NCBI GenBank assembly: GCA_030704615.1
Contig: CM060732.1
Coordinates: 26,660,001 to 26,724,000 of the forward strand
Direction of reading: 5' to 3'
Origin: Takakia lepidozioides
Taxonomy: Eukaryota; Plantae; Bryophyta
DNA length: 64,000 bases
Position numbers and translations under genes: made by a program. Positions 61,463 to 64,000 of the stretch are shown one piece after another (the first letter of the stretch is position 1; every line of letters starts with the position of its first letter). The notes beneath the pieces are model-generated. The model was not told where the DNA came from. It was given only the letters and a program-made list of their open reading frames with translations, and did not search any database.

Positions 61463-64000
61463 CTGCTAAGTGGGTTTGCAAATGTGTTGCACAGTCTGCT
61501 GAGGGGCATCTACTGGCTGGATTCGTGGGTCTGCTGCACCGTCTGCTGAGGGGCAATCTGCTGGCTGGATTGGCCGGTCTGCTGCATAGTCTACTAAGGG
61601 GCAGTCTGGTGGCCATGTTCACTGGTCTACTGCACAGTCAGCTGAGGGGCAGTCTGTTGGCCAGTCTGTTCTCCGGTCTGCTGCAAAGTCTGCAAAGTTC
61701 GCTGCCCGCTCAGTACTGTTTGCACATACTGAGTATGTGTGTGCGGGGCAGTCTGCTGGGAGTGATCCAGCCTATTACCCGGGACGGTCTGGTGCACATG
61801 CTCGGTCTCTAGTACTTGGGCAGTCTTCCGTCTTACTTCGCAAGAGAGGCTGGTTAGCAGGTTTGTTTACACTTGTTGGACCTGTCTTTGCAGCTTCGTG
61901 GGTCGCATGCGTAGAACTGACCCGCGCATCGGGGGGCGTGCTCACCCCCACACCTTTCTTGGTTGTCGATCCCACGTTTGCAGCATGGGCGGAAGATGTC
62001 ATGTCCTCAGAAATAGACAGTCTGCCGATGGAGGGACGAAATGGACGTTGATGTATCTTCAGTAGAACAATCCATTGACCAGGTCCGAGCTCATCTCTTG
62101 CACAATGGTCGGTCTTCAAGATTCAGAGTATGGGTTAAAAGTGGGTCTCCAAACCCCGATGACGAGGAGTGGGCACAAAGAGCATAAAAGTCCTCACGAA
62201 TTGATGCTCCAATTGTTTCACCAATTAACGATGGTGTGGACAGACATTGAATGTTACAAGAAACATTTTATGTTACGGACACCACCATTGAAGGTGACGT
62301 ACTCTCAACAAATAGCATGGATACCGACCAAAAATAATGAAGGTGTTTGGGTGGACGCCCAAGGTAAAGAGAATGAGGGTGACAATGAGAACTATATTAC
62401 ACTAGAATGAACATGTTTATCACTTTATGAATAGTGCAAATCCATGAAACTCGCTGCCATGATGCTTCTAATGAATGTATGTCCTATTCATTCAGTCTTG
62501 ACCTCAATTATGACGTCGTCTGACATAAACACATGAGCATCACGTCCAAAATCGACTTTGCGTCAAGTAATTTTGTTTTTGCTTTTTTACTTTCATGTGT
62601 CTCAAATTTCATTATCGATGAGGAGGCCTACGTGTAAAGCACTCTGTCGGATTTTGATTTTTGATTTTGATTTTATATTTTCAATGGGTTTTGGCGATGG
62701 TGACTATTTTTTGTTTTTTTATTTTATTTTATTTTATTTTTCCTGGAAGATCATTGGGAGACGGATTATTTATTATTTATTTATTTATTTCGTTTTAGGC
62801 GACCGACCGACCGGCTGGCCATCCATCGGTCATTGAACCAGAGGAAAGAGGAAAAAAAAAACCCATTTTTTTCCTACCATCGCCCAACGGTCGCCGAACG
62901 ATAATGTCGACCATTTCAAATTACGAAAAGTCAATTTAATTGATATTTTTTTATGCGTGTAATTGTCAGTGGACGTGAACACTTATGTGTCACACTTTTT
63001 ATCCTCCCCCGCCGAGAACTACATTACTGACACCTAAAACCAATGTAACGCAGACCGTGACAACGTTAGGTCTAGCGCGACCTGACTCTGATAACGGGGG
63101 TCCTGAATACTTTTCCATTGTGCCCCCGACGATGTTTCCAGTTTTTGTCGTTCTTTTCTACATCAGCAAATGGACTCCCGAATCAGTACGTCCACAAGGA
63201 TCACTGGAATGATGTTGGTAATTAGGATATGGAATGGGTCAATGGCTATAGTATGGTGTGACCCGTAATCGTATGGGGGCGGTACCTGAAGACCTGCGTA
63301 TGATGGCGGGGGTGGTACCACAATTTGTGGAGCTTGAGGAGGTGGTTGACTGACATGGGCTTCTGGAAGGTACGGTGTAGTGTGAAAATGTGGTAATTTT
63401 TTGTCAAAAGATTTTGTTTTAGTTAAATATTATTTAGTAAGTAAACTGGCAACGAAATTATGTGTTGGATGATTTTTAGTGGTATGGATGAGAAACATTC
63501 ATCTTGTTGTACCCTAGATCTGCAGATTGATGAGTAGCGGTGGTTTACGGGCGAGCTCGCAAGTGTGATCCGCAAGCATGCTAATACTCTCATATTTTTG
63601 AACAGATAGTAGGTCTGCATTTTTTAAGTTTTGCTGATAATTATTCTCCATAGCTCGCTGCTCAATCAATTGACTGCAAATGGCGGCACCGACGATGGTC
63701 CAGCTAGAAACTCCTGCAGTTATGAACTCTAGGCTTGGCAGATGCAATAATTACTTGGATAAGTGGGGTAGAGGACTTAAGGGCGATTCAGAGATGCGTG
63801 TTTTTCTTCTTGTCTTTACCGAGATAGTAGGGTGGGGGGAAAAGATGATGGAGATATGAAGGAGAAGTTAGGGCCTTTAAGTTGCAGCCTCCAGATTTTG
63901 TGGTAGAAGGATTTGGGTGATGATGAAGTAAAATCGACGAGATTGAGGTCTTTATCATGTTTTCGTACTTGGAATCTCAACTGCATAATGCATTAGCTTC

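Larger units (their letters stand above)
54300..62400. mobile_element. Decayed Mutator-like element (MULE) with SWIM transposase and convergent Ulp1-like protease; boundaries approximate
   Basis: Transposase on +, C48 peptidase on -, a GC-rich leader and shared short-motif arrays throughout. No TIR or TSD identified. Confidence 0.7.

Noticed and set aside
62400-64000. Possible further TE fragments and the right end of the MULE
   Set aside because: No convincing TIR, TSD or protein motif could be established by eye.

Overview
Eukaryotic nuclear DNA from a land plant, probably non-seed (inferred from GT-AG introns, a plastid-targeted shikimate kinase and a PPR-DYW remnant). Four intron-rich host genes (PDIL5-4-like, prefoldin 5, shikimate kinase, RS-domain cyclophilin) lie among transposon islands. 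The main discovery is a Ty3/Gypsy LTR retrotransposon (minus strand, ~1-7851, running off the window) whose first polyprotein is Gag-protease-DNMT3-like cytosine methyltransferase with all catalytic motifs intact. It is separated from an open, same-frame RT-RNaseH-integrase region by one TAG in a TMV-type readthrough context (TAG CAA CCA). A second, diverged and decayed copy (26943-30410) keeps the TAG at the same codon with a variant of the same context (TAG CAA TCA), which points to programmed stop-codon readthrough. The window also holds an unexplained ORF 5' of gag, a decayed MULE-type element (SWIM transposase plus convergent Ulp1-like protease, with short-motif arrays), Gypsy and LINE fragments, three MITE-like elements and a truncated DYW domain. 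Family assignments come from motif recognition by eye; no database searches were run.
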